64,000 nt of DNA from Bugula neritina (lineage: Eukaryota > Animalia > Bryozoa): NCBI GenBank assembly GCA_964035545.1, contig OZ037769.1, positions 3,038,001-3,102,000 of the forward strand, in the 5' to 3' direction. Numbering within the stretch: position 1 is the stretch's first letter; every line of letters starts with the position of its first letter. The notes under the pieces were generated by a model that was given only the letters and a program-made list of their open reading frames with translations, searched no databases and was not told the origin of the DNA. A program made the translations under genes and the position numbers. Shown here piece by piece: positions 25,901 to 40,213 of the stretch.

Positions 25901-28247
25901 GTGGGCTATTTGAGATATGAAAAAGTGAATACACACTAATATTTGTTATATATTTGTGTAGATGAAGAGAAAGATGGCCCCATACCCAGTACTAAGCCCC
26001 CAATGACCCTAAAAGAGTTCCAAAACTACTTGGATTGTGAAGGTAGAATGACAAACTACCAGGCTTTCCGGGAGAATGTTTATCTCGGTGGAATTTCACA
26101 CTCACTAAGAAAAATAGCGTGGAGACATCTGCTTTGTGTATTTCCTGAAGGTACACACTTTAGTCTCTATTCTATGCTTGTCGGTCACTTAGAACAGATA
26201 AAATGCAAGCTAGATTGTTGTATAAAAAACATGCATTACTGCCAGACATACTGTGGCTTTTACTCATCTTACGTTTAATACTTGTTCACTTATAGAAATA
26301 ATTCTATTTTTGGTTTGACATTTGAAATCAATTTATTTAATGTGTAGATAACTTCTTATATTACAAATTTATACTAGGATTATTATATTAAAAACGCAGT
26401 ACATGTGTACTTACTTCTTTCAAAACACTTGAATCTAAACACCCCTACTCTATTTTGGGGAAGAGTGCAATTCATTAGTGTTTCTAACACAAAGACTACA
26501 GATGGCACATTATAAATAAACTTAACATATAAATTTAGTAACTTAGTAACTCTACAGTTATCTAATTTTTCTGGTTTAATGACTTTTAATGACTTGGTTA
26601 GTAATTGTTTTGTGTATGATGACAGGGATGACAGGCAAAGAGAGACTGAGTTACTTGCAAAGACGATCAGAAGAATATATCAAACTGCGAGAAAATTGGA
26701 AGACAGAGTACGAAAACGATCCCAAGAATATAAGTGAAAACATGAAGTGAGTTGATATCATGATCTGTCACATGCCACATGTGACAGGTTGTCACATGTG
26801 ATTGTTTGTCACATGTTACAGACTATGACATGTAACAGGTTGTCACATGTCATGGTCTGTCACATGCCACATGTGACAGGTTGTCACATGTGATTGTTTG
26901 TCACCTGCCACATGTTATAAACTGTCACATACAAAGTTGTCAAATTGTAAACTCAACATGTTGGCCACAATTCTGTGCAAGTTGCTAATGTTTCTTGTGT
27001 GATATTGTAGATTTGTTACTAGTATGGTAAAGAAAGATGTAATTCGAACAGACAGAAACCATAAATACTATAAGGGAAAAGAAGATAATAAGCACACAGT
27101 GGCATTATTTGATTTGCTCTGTACGTATGCATTGAACCACCCAGACACCTCCTACTGCCAGGGAATGTGTGACTTAGCATCGCCGTTACTAGCTGTCCAG
27201 GACAACGAAGCACACGCCTACCTCCTATTCTGTGCTATGATGCAGCGAATGAAACACAACTTCTCATTCGATGGCAAATGTATGAGTGTAAAATTTGAAC
27301 ATTTGACAAAACTCATCAAGTTTTTTGACCCGGAGTTTTTCCACTACATGCAGGAGAATCAAGTTGAAGACTTACTGTTCACGTACCGCTGGTTACTGTT
27401 AGAGATGAAACGAGAATTTCCTTTCAGCGATTCTTTGTACTTTACTGAAATAATGTGGAGTTCACTACCGACTGTACCATGTGACAATGAGATACCATTT
27501 CAGCAGACGGAGCCCGCTGTCGGCTTAGGCAGCGCACCTAGAAGAGTATCTGTCTACAGTAAGATGAACACGCTAGACTGCGCTAGTGACAGTATATCTA
27601 AGAGAGCTTCTTCGGTGTTCAGTATATACCCGGACTTTGAGGCTTTCTCCATGGAAATCAGCTATCTGGACAGATGTGAAAGCATGGAGAAGATTCCAGA
27701 TGAAACAGATTCTGTTTCTCCCAGCACCATCTTCTCTGAATCTCCGTGTCACTGTCTCTCTCCTCCAGAGCCGAGTGGCCAAGGCACCATATTCTACTTT
27801 GACATGGAAGATCATGATCACTGTAAACAGCAATGCCAATGTTCCAAATCTGTGGACTCAGGCTATTTGTCTAGACCAAGTTCTCCAGTAAAGCCTGAGT
27901 TTACGTCTCATCACCCTCCTTCAACAACGGAACGTCCGCCACGCCTCTCACAATTATTCCCTCCACCAAAAGAGTTTGGGTTTGGCAATCCGTTTCTTCT
28001 TTTCGCTGCATCGGCCATGATTTTACAGCAGCGTGACATTATAATGGAGAATAAAATGGACTTCAACGATATCGTATTGCTTTTCAACAGTTACAAGTGT
28101 CAACACAACGTTCACACCGTGCTGAAGGAAGCCAAGCAACTTTATGAAGCATATATTTCAGACGATCTCGAGGTTGATGATGACGACTATGTTCACATTG
28201 AATTGCCCTGTCAAGAAAAGCAATGTACAGACAATATTAAAGCCTAG
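22999..28247 (+). CDS. TBC1D25: TBC1 domain family member 25 (Rab-GAP, OATL1-like), 7 coding exons
   Basis: Exons about 22999-23055, 23479-23594, 24040-24185 (ISDDWEL), 25019-25152 (SWDIL, LIR-like), 25962-26150 (LRKIAWRHLL), 26626-26746 and 27011-28247. The last exon carries the R-finger KDVIRTDR, Q-finger YCQGMCDL, YRWLLLEMKREF, and LFPPPKEFGFGNPFLLF after a Ser-rich insert. Confidence 0.9.
26760..26932. repeat. Degenerate minisatellite of gtcacatg/catgtgac units just after a splice donor
   Basis: Repeats of tgtcacatg..catgtgacaggt. Confidence 0.85.
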
Positions 28248-29054
28248 ATTTTTCAGATTAATTTATTATTCCAGATTCAAAAAGCTTCAAGTTATTTTTG
28301 TATTGTTTTTGTAACATAGCATTTATTTTGGAAATGTAAATAGTTTTGTAGCACTTATTTTATATTATTGTAGATTTTGATATTTATATTTTTTACTTCA
28401 AAAAACCTCTCAATTTTGTTCAAATGTTTGTACATATCTGTTCTCTAGTCACTTAGTTTCTTATACTTGCTGAGTAAAGACAACGCAGCATTACTATAAA
28501 TTCAATAAAATTTATTTGTATAAACTCTTTATTTTAATTATTAGATGGCTATTATTATAAGTGTGAGAAAACAGCATGTTGGATCTATTTATTGTATGAG
28601 TATAGTTCACATTGCAATTATAAAAATGGTTTATTTCAAATGTGATATATAATAATTATATACCCACTGCACTCACAAACACATACAAACACACCATATG
28701 TATGCTATCATAACATATGTGTCATGATGAATTGTGTATTTATTATACTTATTCCATATTTACCTCATTGCCAATATATGTAGTAATGGATTGACTTTGC
28801 ATTCATGCAGCTGGTCAAATGAATAACTTATTAAAAGAATCGTACGACATATTATTTGGTATTTATTAATATAATAGTTATATATATTTTTATTTAATAT
28901 ACAAAAATATAACTCATGCGTGGTATGTTCTTAAATACAACATAGTAACTCAATAGTCCATCTCTCAATCAATGTTAGAAGTTGTGCTCTCATAATTTAA
29001 GTACCACTATAATTGGTATATTATATAATTTAAACCATCCTAATCGTTATATTG

Positions 29055-32000
29055 TTACACATTCTTTTGCTCGTGAGCTGTGTTGAGAGATTGGTTTCTG
29101 TACATACCACATACCGCTAAGTGCTGCAAAAAGAAATTTATAGAAATACAAAATTAATTATTTATTATATTTCAATACACGCATATAGCAGATGTGAAAA
29201 TATAACTAATATAAACACAAATATGTGATGCATGAAGTATTTATGCTTTACCTATATTTATATAAGCTTATAAATATTTTTATATTTCTAAATATTTACA
29301 GTTATACATCATGAAGTGTATATTTATTTAACAGTAGTACAGTATAAATATAGTAATTGGCAGCATTAATATTCTATATATAGTAGTATAAGTTTTACGT
29401 ATACTATTGTCTGTACTCAAGATTAAAATTTACATGAAATAAAGTGCTGGCGAAAGTGTGATTTGGAAATCAGAAATTGCACCTGTGACATACACCTGTG
29501 ACAGGTGACTGTGACATACACCTGTGACAGGTGACTGTGACATACACCTGTGACAGGTGACTGTGACATACACCTGTGACAGGTGACTGTGACATACACC
29601 TGTGACAGGTGACTGTGACATACACCTGTGACAGGTGACTGGGACATACACCTGTGACAGGTGACTGTGACATACACCTGTGACAGGTGACTGCGACATA
29701 CACCTGTGATATATCAATAAACACTTAATAATTTTGTGGGAGAGAATATTATATTATGCACGTTGCTATGCTATATACATTGACTTGTTGGATACACTGG
29801 CTTGCAAAGAAGTTATAAGGGGTTACCCAATAGAGTTCAAAGTTCAAATTATACTTAAAAGTAGACAACTCCCTGTTGCACAGCGCAATAATATTAAAAC
29901 TAAAGATTAAATAGTATATGCTCTCAAAAACAGAGTATTTACTGATAGGCATATAGGGTGCCCGAAGAGTTCAGTGGATCAGAAAATTAAGTGACTTAAG
30001 AAGTCAAAGTAAACATATAAAGGTGCACAATCCATCTGTACCATTACCGTGTGGTTAATAACTTCTTGTCTAAAATTCCAAAGAACTGCTACATATATTT
30101 TTACATGCTGTGCAGACTCAAATCTACAGCAAATTTATCACACAAAGTGTAAGTCTAATGTAAATCAACTCTACTTACGTATGAGAACTTTTGTGACCTG
30201 CAGTGGAATTCCAAAGGAACATTGTGGTAGGTTGGCACTTGAGACCCGTAGTCCTGGGCTGAGGTTTTATACATCATGTTCACAGGCTTTTTATCATATC
30301 CTTGGAAATAATCTGTAAACCGAACAACATATTGACTGTAAATACAAGTGAAATAACAATTAATAGCTCTATGAAACTAAATGTGCATTACATGTTTTAT
30401 GCAATATACTGCTTTTTTTATCATATTATGTGTTTTTTAGTAAAACACTGGTACAGCAAAGTTATCAGATTATGCTGTCAATTTAACTTTTAAGGAAATT
30501 ATTACATATTGCTTGAAGTATAGCTAGTGAATGTATTACGTATTGATAAAAGTTTGCTGTTCTGCTCAAAGAATCACAAATTATGAAAAATGATTTTGAT
30601 TAATATTTGACTAAATAATAAATAAGCTATTGATATTGCTGTTTTTAATAGAGCCTTGTGGCACAATATAGCTTCTATGTATATAATTGCAGTTTATTTT
30701 ATATAAGTAAATATTTTTTTATAATATTTTGCTTACTTTCAATTTACAAGAACTGAGCAAGTGTTGTCATACATTACAAAACATTACATGTTACCGAAAC
30801 ATTACATAATAGTTTACATAAACTACACACATAATAATGTATCACAGCTTTACTACATAACATAGTAGTTTGTTCAAAGCATAATACATAATTATACATG
30901 TTACATGCTGGTTTAGCAAATAGCTCACATTAAATTTCATTATTTCCTAATTTAAAATATGAATCTTATGTATAAGCATACTTTTTAGTACGAAATTTTG
31001 TTAGAATAATATGTTTCAATACTGGAGCCTGATGCAGGACTTTAACTATTCATATAACTTCAGTTCCACAAGATATTTGCAAATTGTACTTTAAAAAATT
31101 TTAAATCAAAGTTCATAGAAGCATATTTTATTTAAACTTTTGTATCACTGGAACTGAATAGAAATACAAACATGTATGAACCAGGTTGCAGTATATTTTA
31201 CATAGAGCTTACACCAATGTTCTCTACACAAAACAGCTGGTAGGACATAATTTTAATGGAAAGATAACTTTGAACTGCATTTGTAGTACAGATATTAGCA
31301 AATTCTGTGCAGCACTTGGTGTAAGTAGAATAAAGAGGTATAACTAACCAGTTGATGATTGTTGCTGGGCTGGTACTACTGGTACGTCTAGAGTACAAGA
31401 GAAGACCACATTTCCTGGGAGATAACAGCCTCCAGTTGGGGCTGTGCTCTATACAAACATAACACAGACATTAAATATTATTATGCATGGAACATTTTAT
31501 GTTAAGATATGAAAAACAAAGCTGAAATTAGATTTAATAATTTTAATAGAGATCAACATTTAAAAATTAAAAGTGAAACCAGTAGTTGGTTGCCCAATAA
31601 ATAGTGACACTGCATAAGTTTAAAATTAATTTATAATTAATTTATTACTAAAAAAGTAAATGTGTCGATTTTATTAGTTCTAGTTAAAACTGTTAATAAG
31701 AAATACCTCTGCTGCAGTGACTTTATGTCTTAGAATGCTGAATTCACAAATTCTTAAGTTAAAAAAAATATATAATAGACATCAAGTTTTTTAATTTATT
31801 TCTGCCTAAAAGATTAGCTAAACTTTTTTTTATTATAAACTTAAATCTTCTGTATCAAATAGGTAGTAATTTTTTAGTATTAAGTTTTATGATAACTTTG
31901 AAATATATGTTAATTGCAACATCAAACATGGCATATTTTGTATTTCAATATTATGAAGCTTGGCAAGGAGAAAAGTCATCATAAGTTACAGTTAACACTA

Positions 32001-32131
32001 ATATTAGTAACTTGCAGTTATAAGTTACGAGCGGTGATGTTTATAATAAATTTATATTTGCTGAATAGAATCACCGTAAACTGAAAAAATTATAAATTAA
32101 GACTAACCTGTGATTCCTGTAATTGTGACAT
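29055..32131 (-). CDS. PIERCE2: Piercer of microtubule wall protein (PIERCE2/C15orf65-like ciliary microtubule inner protein), 4 exons; absent from the ORF track
   Basis: Exons 32108-32131 (MSQLQESQ), about 31350-31449 (GCYLPGNVVFSCTLD), 30178-30313 (YFQGYDKKPVNMMYKTSAQDYGSQVPT..SQKFS) and 29055-29123 (HLAVCGMYRNQSLNTA..*). Matches the recalled family motifs CxxPGNxVFSC, MYKT..YG..P and G.Y.N..LNT. Phases are compatible. Confidence 0.82.
29480..29710. repeat. 27-bp minisatellite, about 8 copies, each with the hairpin CACCTGT-G-ACAGGTG
   Basis: Unit cacctgtgacaggtgactgtgacata. Confidence 0.97.
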
Positions 32132-35100
32132 GCTAGTAACGAGTAACTGTAATGACTAATGAGTAATCACCAAATATAATTACAAATTATTGTAATTATA
32201 GTTTACTAAGGACTCGGGCAAAATACTTATGTCACGCAGTTAAGTAGATGAATTAGTTTTCTTTTTTAAAAACTTGAATGCAATTTAAATTAAATAAGTT
32301 TAAAATAATAACCAGTTTTTTTATAGATTCGCGTTCAAATTGGAGAGCAATAAAATGATGTTAGATTATAGTGTTGATATGTTGTCAGGAAATGACGTCA
32401 AATGTATCAAATGTACTAGTATTAACAAATGTTAAGAGAACACAACTTTATTCATACTAGCCAAAAAGCAAATAACTCCAAGTTGTATTTGTATCGCAAT
32501 AATAATATTATGGCAATAAACACAGCTCGTATATTGTTGAATATTATTATGTAATTACATCATTACATGCCTCCACGTCCTATTCCCAATATAATTACCT
32601 ATCGAACTATCAAACTATCAAAATTGTCAACTGTATAACTTATGTATCAATTTTTACATTTTTTAACCTTAATTCTTCATAGAAGGTAACAATTGGCTTA
32701 ACATGGCTAAGTGAATTTTTTCTAGTACCTACAATAATTATCAACTAGAATTATTATTGTTGTTTCTATAAACACAATAGCTTATACTTATATAAAACAT
32801 TCCTAGTGCTAGGCTAAATGAGAACCTGCAGCAGCCTAGCAGAATGGGAATAAATTAGATTGTTATAAAATATTATATTCTGTTATATACAGGTTTTGAA
32901 TAAATTTATTAGAAATACAATTAAACTTTGTCATTATTCAGTATAGCAATCTCAACTTATCCAATAGTTGTATTAATAACAGTCTTCAATACATAATGTC
33001 AAAAACTGATCATATGCAGTCAGAGCTAAAAGTTGAAACAATAATTTCTTTTCCAGTCAAATACATTTCCATGCTAAACAGTTATTGTTTAAACATAAAG
33101 GAGAGTTAAGGCTGCCTTGTTTTATTACTAAGTGACCATAGAATGAATGCATAGAAGGGATATTTGCATTGGTGTATTAAAAGAGTATATCCTTTATTGA
33201 TCATGACTATGTTTAATCAGGTTACAGTAGCCAACACTTTGCCACTGGGCGAGCAATCACAAAGCAGAGTAGCTTTAGGATTTCAGTTGACAACGGCAAC
33301 GTAAGTATTTTTGTACTTAATACATCTAAAACTATCCACAAATGGAAGCTTTTATCCTATAGTACACATTTGATTACCGTATCCCTTTTTTTTAGTTGGT
33401 AGTTATTAATTTCAAAAGAGACAAAGCTTTGCTCATCACAATGAGCACTTTACAGCCAAAATATTAGATTGCGAGTCTTTCTTGTTTCCAATTATGAGTT
33501 TCACATAACTTTTAGACTGACTCATTTTGAAAAAATGCGTTTTGCAAATACGCCAAAAGTGTAATTGCTGTATTGGCAGCAGAGTATCAAGATTCTAGCC
33601 TTGATTCTGAAGGCATATAACATGCCAACTTTTATGTTCCACCACATGTAGAGTATTTTTTCCAGAATAATGCAACCTTGTATATTAGAAAAAGTAATTA
33701 GCATCAAAGGTCTAGTTACATTATGGTAACTTGGGGTGAATGACTCGTATTAATGTAATTAATATTCTTTTTAAAACCATGGAAGCCGCAATAAATAGTG
33801 TGGCATAGCTTTGTTTACTTCCTGTGCGAAACACACCAGCAACTGCCATAAATAAATAGCCAGACAATTTAGATTGTGGTTACATCAGAGTACTGTGTCG
33901 CAAACTGCTGGGGGAGTGCCATGAACCATGACAATATTTGTGTACATCAACAATTGTCAGTCTATTACATGGTGGAGTAGAGACCCACATTGAAGTGCAT
34001 AACTCTGTTGAGTTAAGTTGGTAGTTGCTCGTTTAGCTTGTACTGCAGTAGGCAAACTATAGTTAACCTTAAATAAATATAAATACTGCTACGTACAACG
34101 CAAGTAAGGTGTACCTATAGCACAAGTAAGGTGGAAGTTATGACAGGTGGCTACAGGTAAGTGTTAACTGATACCATGTCTGAGTTTTTAGGACTTTATG
34201 AAATGATGATTTGGAATTATAAGGTTTCTGTTTAAGACCTGAGTTTGATGCATCGTGTTCTGGTTCTTAGCCTGTGGCATTAGATGTCTACACACCTACT
34301 CATACCCCCAACGGGCAATGAGATATGGGCATCTATTCATACCCCAATGGGCAATGAGATATGGGGCATGACAGGCTTTTCATAGAATGATAGTCATACG
34401 ATACCATATATGAATGGTAAAAACATTTTTTCTCGGAAATTGTTAAGCGTAGCATTGCAATGTTGTGCAAGGATTGTGTCAAACTAGTATAATATGCATT
34501 CCTTTTGAAATAGAAATGATTCAGTCATTACAACACGACAAGCACTAAAGTTTAAAAGGTATTGCTACAACTTTTGCACTTAAATTACACATTTCCTTCC
34601 TAGTTATAATTTTTTTGCGAGTTTATAAACAGTTGGACAACAATCGGTGTAGATCTGTGTAGATGTTTATACTCAAAACTCAAACTGCAGCTAATGGACA
34701 CTGAGTAAGTGTGTAGTTTTACTACAACTAATGTAATTTAAACACCATGAATGCCTCTAAAGGTTTCAAATGGCAGTGGTATGATAAATCATCAAATATT
34801 TGAAATTCAACTCAATGAATTATTTTAAAATAAAAGGCATGTGGCAGAATAATTACTATTAGAGATATAAATGACAGCCCAACAATGGCAGCACTACTCT
34901 CAACAATACAGGGACAGTTTTAGTTTTGAGATAAGAGTAAGTTTTTTATTCAATTGTATTTTATCTAGCAACTACACTATCAGTAGTAATAGTATATTTT
35001 ATTTTACGCACGACTAGTACTGAAAGGGGTTGTATTTGGCATAGGTGTACAATGATTGTTATGAATGTAAACAATTTCAGCAACTCTCTCAAAATGGTAA

Positions 35101-36543
35101 GTGGAAGGCATTAGTTTTTGACTTATGGATTACTTGCTAGTAGCCAAGATTGACAATGGCAACTATAGGTAAATAAGTATAACTAAGGAAAGAAATCTGT
35201 TCTATTATTATTGTTATTATTGTTTTGGTAGCTCAAACCAAAAAAATAGTTTTTGTAACTATAAACTTTAGCTAATTTAAAACTAATAAGAGGAATTTTT
35301 AAATTACTGCCTGATTTTTTAATCTAACAAAAACTATAACTTTATTTGAAATGGTTGAAATATATTTGTTGAAATCCGTGTGTGTAAGTTGAGAGCATTG
35401 TTGTAATATAGATTAGTGTCAGGGGCTTATGGGATTGTATTCAATAATCAATGTAATATAAATTAAGTACCTGTGTTGTACTCTGCTAGGAAACTAGACC
35501 GATAACTAGTTCAGGCGTAAATTATTACTCATAAACTGGCTTTGGTTTACGAACTGTAACCCCTGAAACCCAGAGAGGCTAGTCTATCCAGAATAGGTAT
35601 ATACAATAAATAGATCAATGACCAAAAGCCAATATTACAGGGACATTGGTCAAAACTCTTTTTAGCCAAAGGTACGAAAACCAGACCACCTTAAACAATG
35701 TTTGAGTAGATGAAAAAATAGAATATCATACGTGATATATTAATTAATAGAATGTAATTTTATTATACCTAGCTTGTGACAGTATTAGAATAGGAGGAAA
35801 ATAGAAAAGAACATATATTGTATGTAACTTTAAAAACTATTATATAAATTATTATAGTGTAGACTATAATGTAATATATGTAATGTGATACGAAGATGCT
35901 ATAGTATGATATATATATATCCTATATACTATATATTATATATAATACTATATATAAAATACTATAGCCTATATAACCATTTAATATACCCAAAAGATAA
36001 CTAAAGAGTAAATAGTACACAGACGAGGCAATAAAAAACCAAAGAAGCAGCTACAGAATTACTAAACATATACTGTAAAGGTAGTGAATAGTAAAACATC
36101 TCTGCCAGCGCCATAAGCAGCTCAAGTGTAAGTGCTGATATAATTAGGAAATGTGAGAGAATCATTTTATGGCTGCCTGTTCTATGCCATATTTTATAGG
36201 ATGGTTTCTAACAACATAACAGCTGGTTAAGTTTATCTCTTTTTTATGACTATTGCTGATATAAATTTCAGTGCGGGATGGTCTAGCCATATGCCATAGT
36301 TCTGATACGGGAGAGATTATGCTGTCTAAAATTAATAAGGCGCTGACAAACACATATAGCTACATTATCAAATCAGATGGGCAGCTGCTGTTGCAACCTA
36401 ATAAAATAGTACACCACTAATCACTATTTCCTCAATGATAAAAACACACATAAAGTAGCACATTGCAATAATGTTATTATTTGGAATCTGGATGCTGCAT
36501 TATGAGGCTATGTTGTCTAAAATAGCTGAGAAAATGGTTTGAG

Positions 36544-36663
36544 GCAGCATCGAGTTGGTGGTCACTGAGTGTAGTGATTGGTTCAGGGGGGGGTCTTAGT
36601 TTGAAGTTAGAACACCAATATGTACGCAATTACTGCACTCAATAACCCCGAACTTTGGGCTGC
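36544..36663. mobile_element. Degenerate foldback/MITE copy related to 49262-49407
   Basis: Arms gcagc..agtt..ggtcactgagtgtagt and ttactgcactcaataaccccgaactt..gctgc are mutually inverted and match the arms of 49262-49407. Confidence 0.65.
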
Positions 36664-37139
36664 ATCTAGCAATTCCCAATACATCTTAGCACATCGTATG
36701 CCTGTGTATGCCCCATCTATTACTGTACTATAGAATTACAATACTGTAAATGTAGAAGAGTGGATTTAGACATGGTTAGCAGCGCTGACATGACGTGCTG
36801 CCGCTGCTGCTCTACTTCAGAAGAACTCGATTCATATCCAAAACTGAAGTCTAAATACAACAACCGAGTTATAGCTGTTCTATTCCCTGTGACATTCTTC
36901 ACCGGCCTTAGTAAGTCCATCAAAACTTGTTTTCGTTCAAAACTCTGTCACGTGACCTTGTTTCCTCTGGAAGTCACACTCATTAGTTCTAGTCTAGACT
37001 AAACTGCATTGGATTGATAATTTAAATAGTGATTACACTGAAAAATAGTAGCACTCTTTAGCATGTTTCAATCTTTTACTAATTATATTGATTATAAAAC
37101 TGTAATTTACAGACTGAACGTCTGCTACTTATATTTCAG

Positions 37140-38453
37140 CTGGTGTGACGCTTTTAATGTGGCCTGGACTAGGATTAGACACGATAGAAGACAACTCTCT
37201 ATGTACCCCAGTCTGTGAAAATCCTTGGGGAGCAACACTCATTATTGGAATAATCCTTACAGGTTATTAAATTTAATGTTCTATTCAGCTGCAGAAATTT
37301 GTGGTTGGACGAAGTTCGAATCCGGCTGTTGCTATAGTAACAGAAACACAACACGCATCCTGGCAGTTATAACTTTGACCTCAGCTTAATATGCAAATGA
37401 TTTGAAAGTATTTCTTATTGGCAAGTACTCTGATTTAGAGTACCTTGCCAACCTGTCACAATAAAATCGAAATATACATGCCATAAATGAATTTAGGAGT
37501 TGCATACTTTATGCAGAATGAAATAGAAGCAGAAAACTTTAACCTCTTATAATAATTATTCTAAAATCCACATTAAGTTTCATTTCATCTGCACAAGTTT
37601 TTGTTCACAGTTGTAGCAGGAGTGAGTGCAGTATTGACTATTTTGGCAATATGCTACGTGCATATGAAGCATTTCGATAGTACGAGATTACCAATGAAAG
37701 TGAGAATAATATCAGAAGAGAGGTAAGGGAGACAATTCTACTTGGGCAAACTATCTTAGCAATATTATGGTTTCTCGCAAAAAAGAACATCACCTGTTTT
37801 CTTTAATGAAAATATTTCACTTTTGTAATTCTGTTGGCACAAAATTATTCCACACACTTGGCTCACTGTACAGCAAATTTACTTTTGATTGTCCCAAGTG
37901 AGAAACCAGAATTATGGTGCAACAGTGCAGTGACACATAGTCGAGATGTTTTAACAGCAAAATGCCACCAAACTATGCACTCTTGTCATTGAACGTCTTG
38001 TAAAATGCTATTCTAATTTTAGTGACTTTTTCATTACTTCGCATTATCATTCAAAGTGTAGCTAAACTAAAAGAAATCAAGATTTTTTACTAGCAATATC
38101 ATTTTAGACCATTTTCTTGCTAAAATCCTGTATAGTAACACAGTAACTTTTGTTTATTATATAACCAGTATGCATATCATCTTTCGTGTATTTACAGATA
38201 TAAAGCTATTTCTAGTTCAAGTCAGAATACAGTAACCACAACAGTGTCAGCATACAAATTATCCAGTTCTCAAATAGCTCAGTCAACTGACACAAATAAA
38301 GTTTCGCCAATGCGAACTCCTTCAAGTGAAGACAACTCTGCATTAGAACATACAAATCCAGAGTCGCATGATGTGACAATCAATCAACATAAGATTCGTA
38401 TAGGTCACCTTCCACCAATCACAGAGCCGTTAACAACCGACACGAACTTGTAG
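37140..38453 (+). CDS. Uncharacterised small single-pass membrane protein (3' exons; 5' exons not resolved)
   Basis: Phase-compatible exons about 37140-37261 (..LCTPVCENPWGATLIIGIILT), 37611-37722 (VVAGVSAVLTILAICYVHMKH..) and 38199-38453 (Ser/Thr-rich tail). The hydrophobic helix spans an exon junction. Confidence 0.55.
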
Positions 38454-38761
38454 CCAATTATGAGAATACCTACTCTCCGCGACTAAACATATGTAACGGT
38501 TTTCTACTGCAAGGCAGTACTTTTTCTGATGAATTTTCTTCTGAAATGTGTCATTATTGATCTAAAATGTTCATGTTTTTAAATGCACTGCACAGCAGTC
38601 AATTTATATTTTTGATAAATTTTAAAAACAAGCTAATCAAAACTATTGACAGTTTTAAAGCAACAATTTTTGTTAGTTATTTTAGCACAATCAAAGTTGT
38701 ACAGGAATTGATGGCTTTTTAAGATTTATTTCATATTAAAGTAACTACGCATTATCGTTAT

Positions 38762-38828
38762 ACAACGATAGCTTATAACGATAGCTTATAACGATAGCTT
38801 ATAACGATAGCTTATAACGATAGCTTAT
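38762..38828. repeat. 13-bp tandem repeat, 5 copies (ataacgatagctt)
   Basis: Direct reading. Confidence 0.95.
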
Positions 38829-39083
38829 TTAGGAACATACTAAAAAAATATTCAACATGAAATCTATTTTGCAGAGCTAATAGGCTAATAGGCATAAAAT
38901 ACATTATATATATTCTCCCGAAGGTAAATACATATACCTATACATACATATATGTTATATATGTATGGATAAGACAGGATACAAGATAACATACAAGCTA
39001 TCTCGCATATACAGGATGTAAACATCCCAGTTAGATTTCTTGAGGTTTCAAATGGATCAGCTGTTGAATGATAGCCCTGGTGA

Positions 39084-40173
39084 TCAAGTCTTGGGTGCAC
39101 CTTTAGGTTTAGGATTCTCAGCTATTCTCTTAGCAGTGCAGTATTCCAAATGTATTTCCCAGATTAATGTAGAGGCAGTGAGTTGTAACTCCCCATTCTC
39201 GAGTCTAACAAACATATCAGTGAGTCACAATTACATGAGACAATGCGTGTGGCAAATAGTAGAGCAAGTTCATAAACACAAGAGAAATGATGAAACCGGG
39301 AGAAAGCAATGGCAATCCGCAATGCATTCTAATAACATAGAATCTCGGCAAAAGTTGGTATAACCAGAAGTGATGTAACAAGTTGTCTCATTTTTATTCA
39401 AATCAAAGCATTTAAAACTCAGATTATAAACGCATGAATTACACCCCCCCAAAGGTTGCAACACAGGAAACGAGCATATCACGAAAATCTACAAAGAAAA
39501 TGACCTTCACCTGTCTGTTTGAAGTTTGACGGTGTGAAGTTGTTGGCTCTCTGACGGAGTGATAATTTCCTCCACTTCCTGTCTCTGCTCAGTTTCCACT
39601 TCCCCGAGAGTAGCTAAGATGGCGTCGACCTTCTGCTTCTTCTCCAATAGCCTCCTACACGGTATATATATATTACATTAAATATAATATATAATCATAT
39701 ATTATAATATACTATTACAAGTTATAATATATAATAGGTGATAACATATTACGACAGGATACTTATATATTACATTATATATAATATATATATAATAATA
39801 TATTATATTCTATAATATATAATAGGTCATAATATATTACAAGAAGACACTCCTGCTGGTGCACTCACTTATTATCAGCTAGAATCTGCACTCTCTTTGT
39901 ACTCAGATTGAGAATGGACTGATAGTTATTCTGCAGCAGACGTCTGGCCAGCTGTTCCACGGCCACCGTGAAGCAGTAGAATGTCTTAGAAGGAACGTGA
40001 TCGGTAGTCTTGGCTATCTCAGTAGCGGTGATGTACTGCTCAGTAAACATCTCATACAGTAACTCATTCACAACCTTTGATGACATCATAGCCTTTTCTT
40101 CCAACTAAATCAATGAAAACTACTGTGCTGTAGTTAGTTACAGAGTAGTAGTAGCAGTAGTAGCAGTAGTAGC

Positions 40174-40213
<40 letters not shown>

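Noticed and set aside
39040-39482. ORFs 39040-39363 (+) and 39270-39482 (-)
   Set aside because: They are antisense to, or intronic within, the POLR3C 3' exons and have no independent support.
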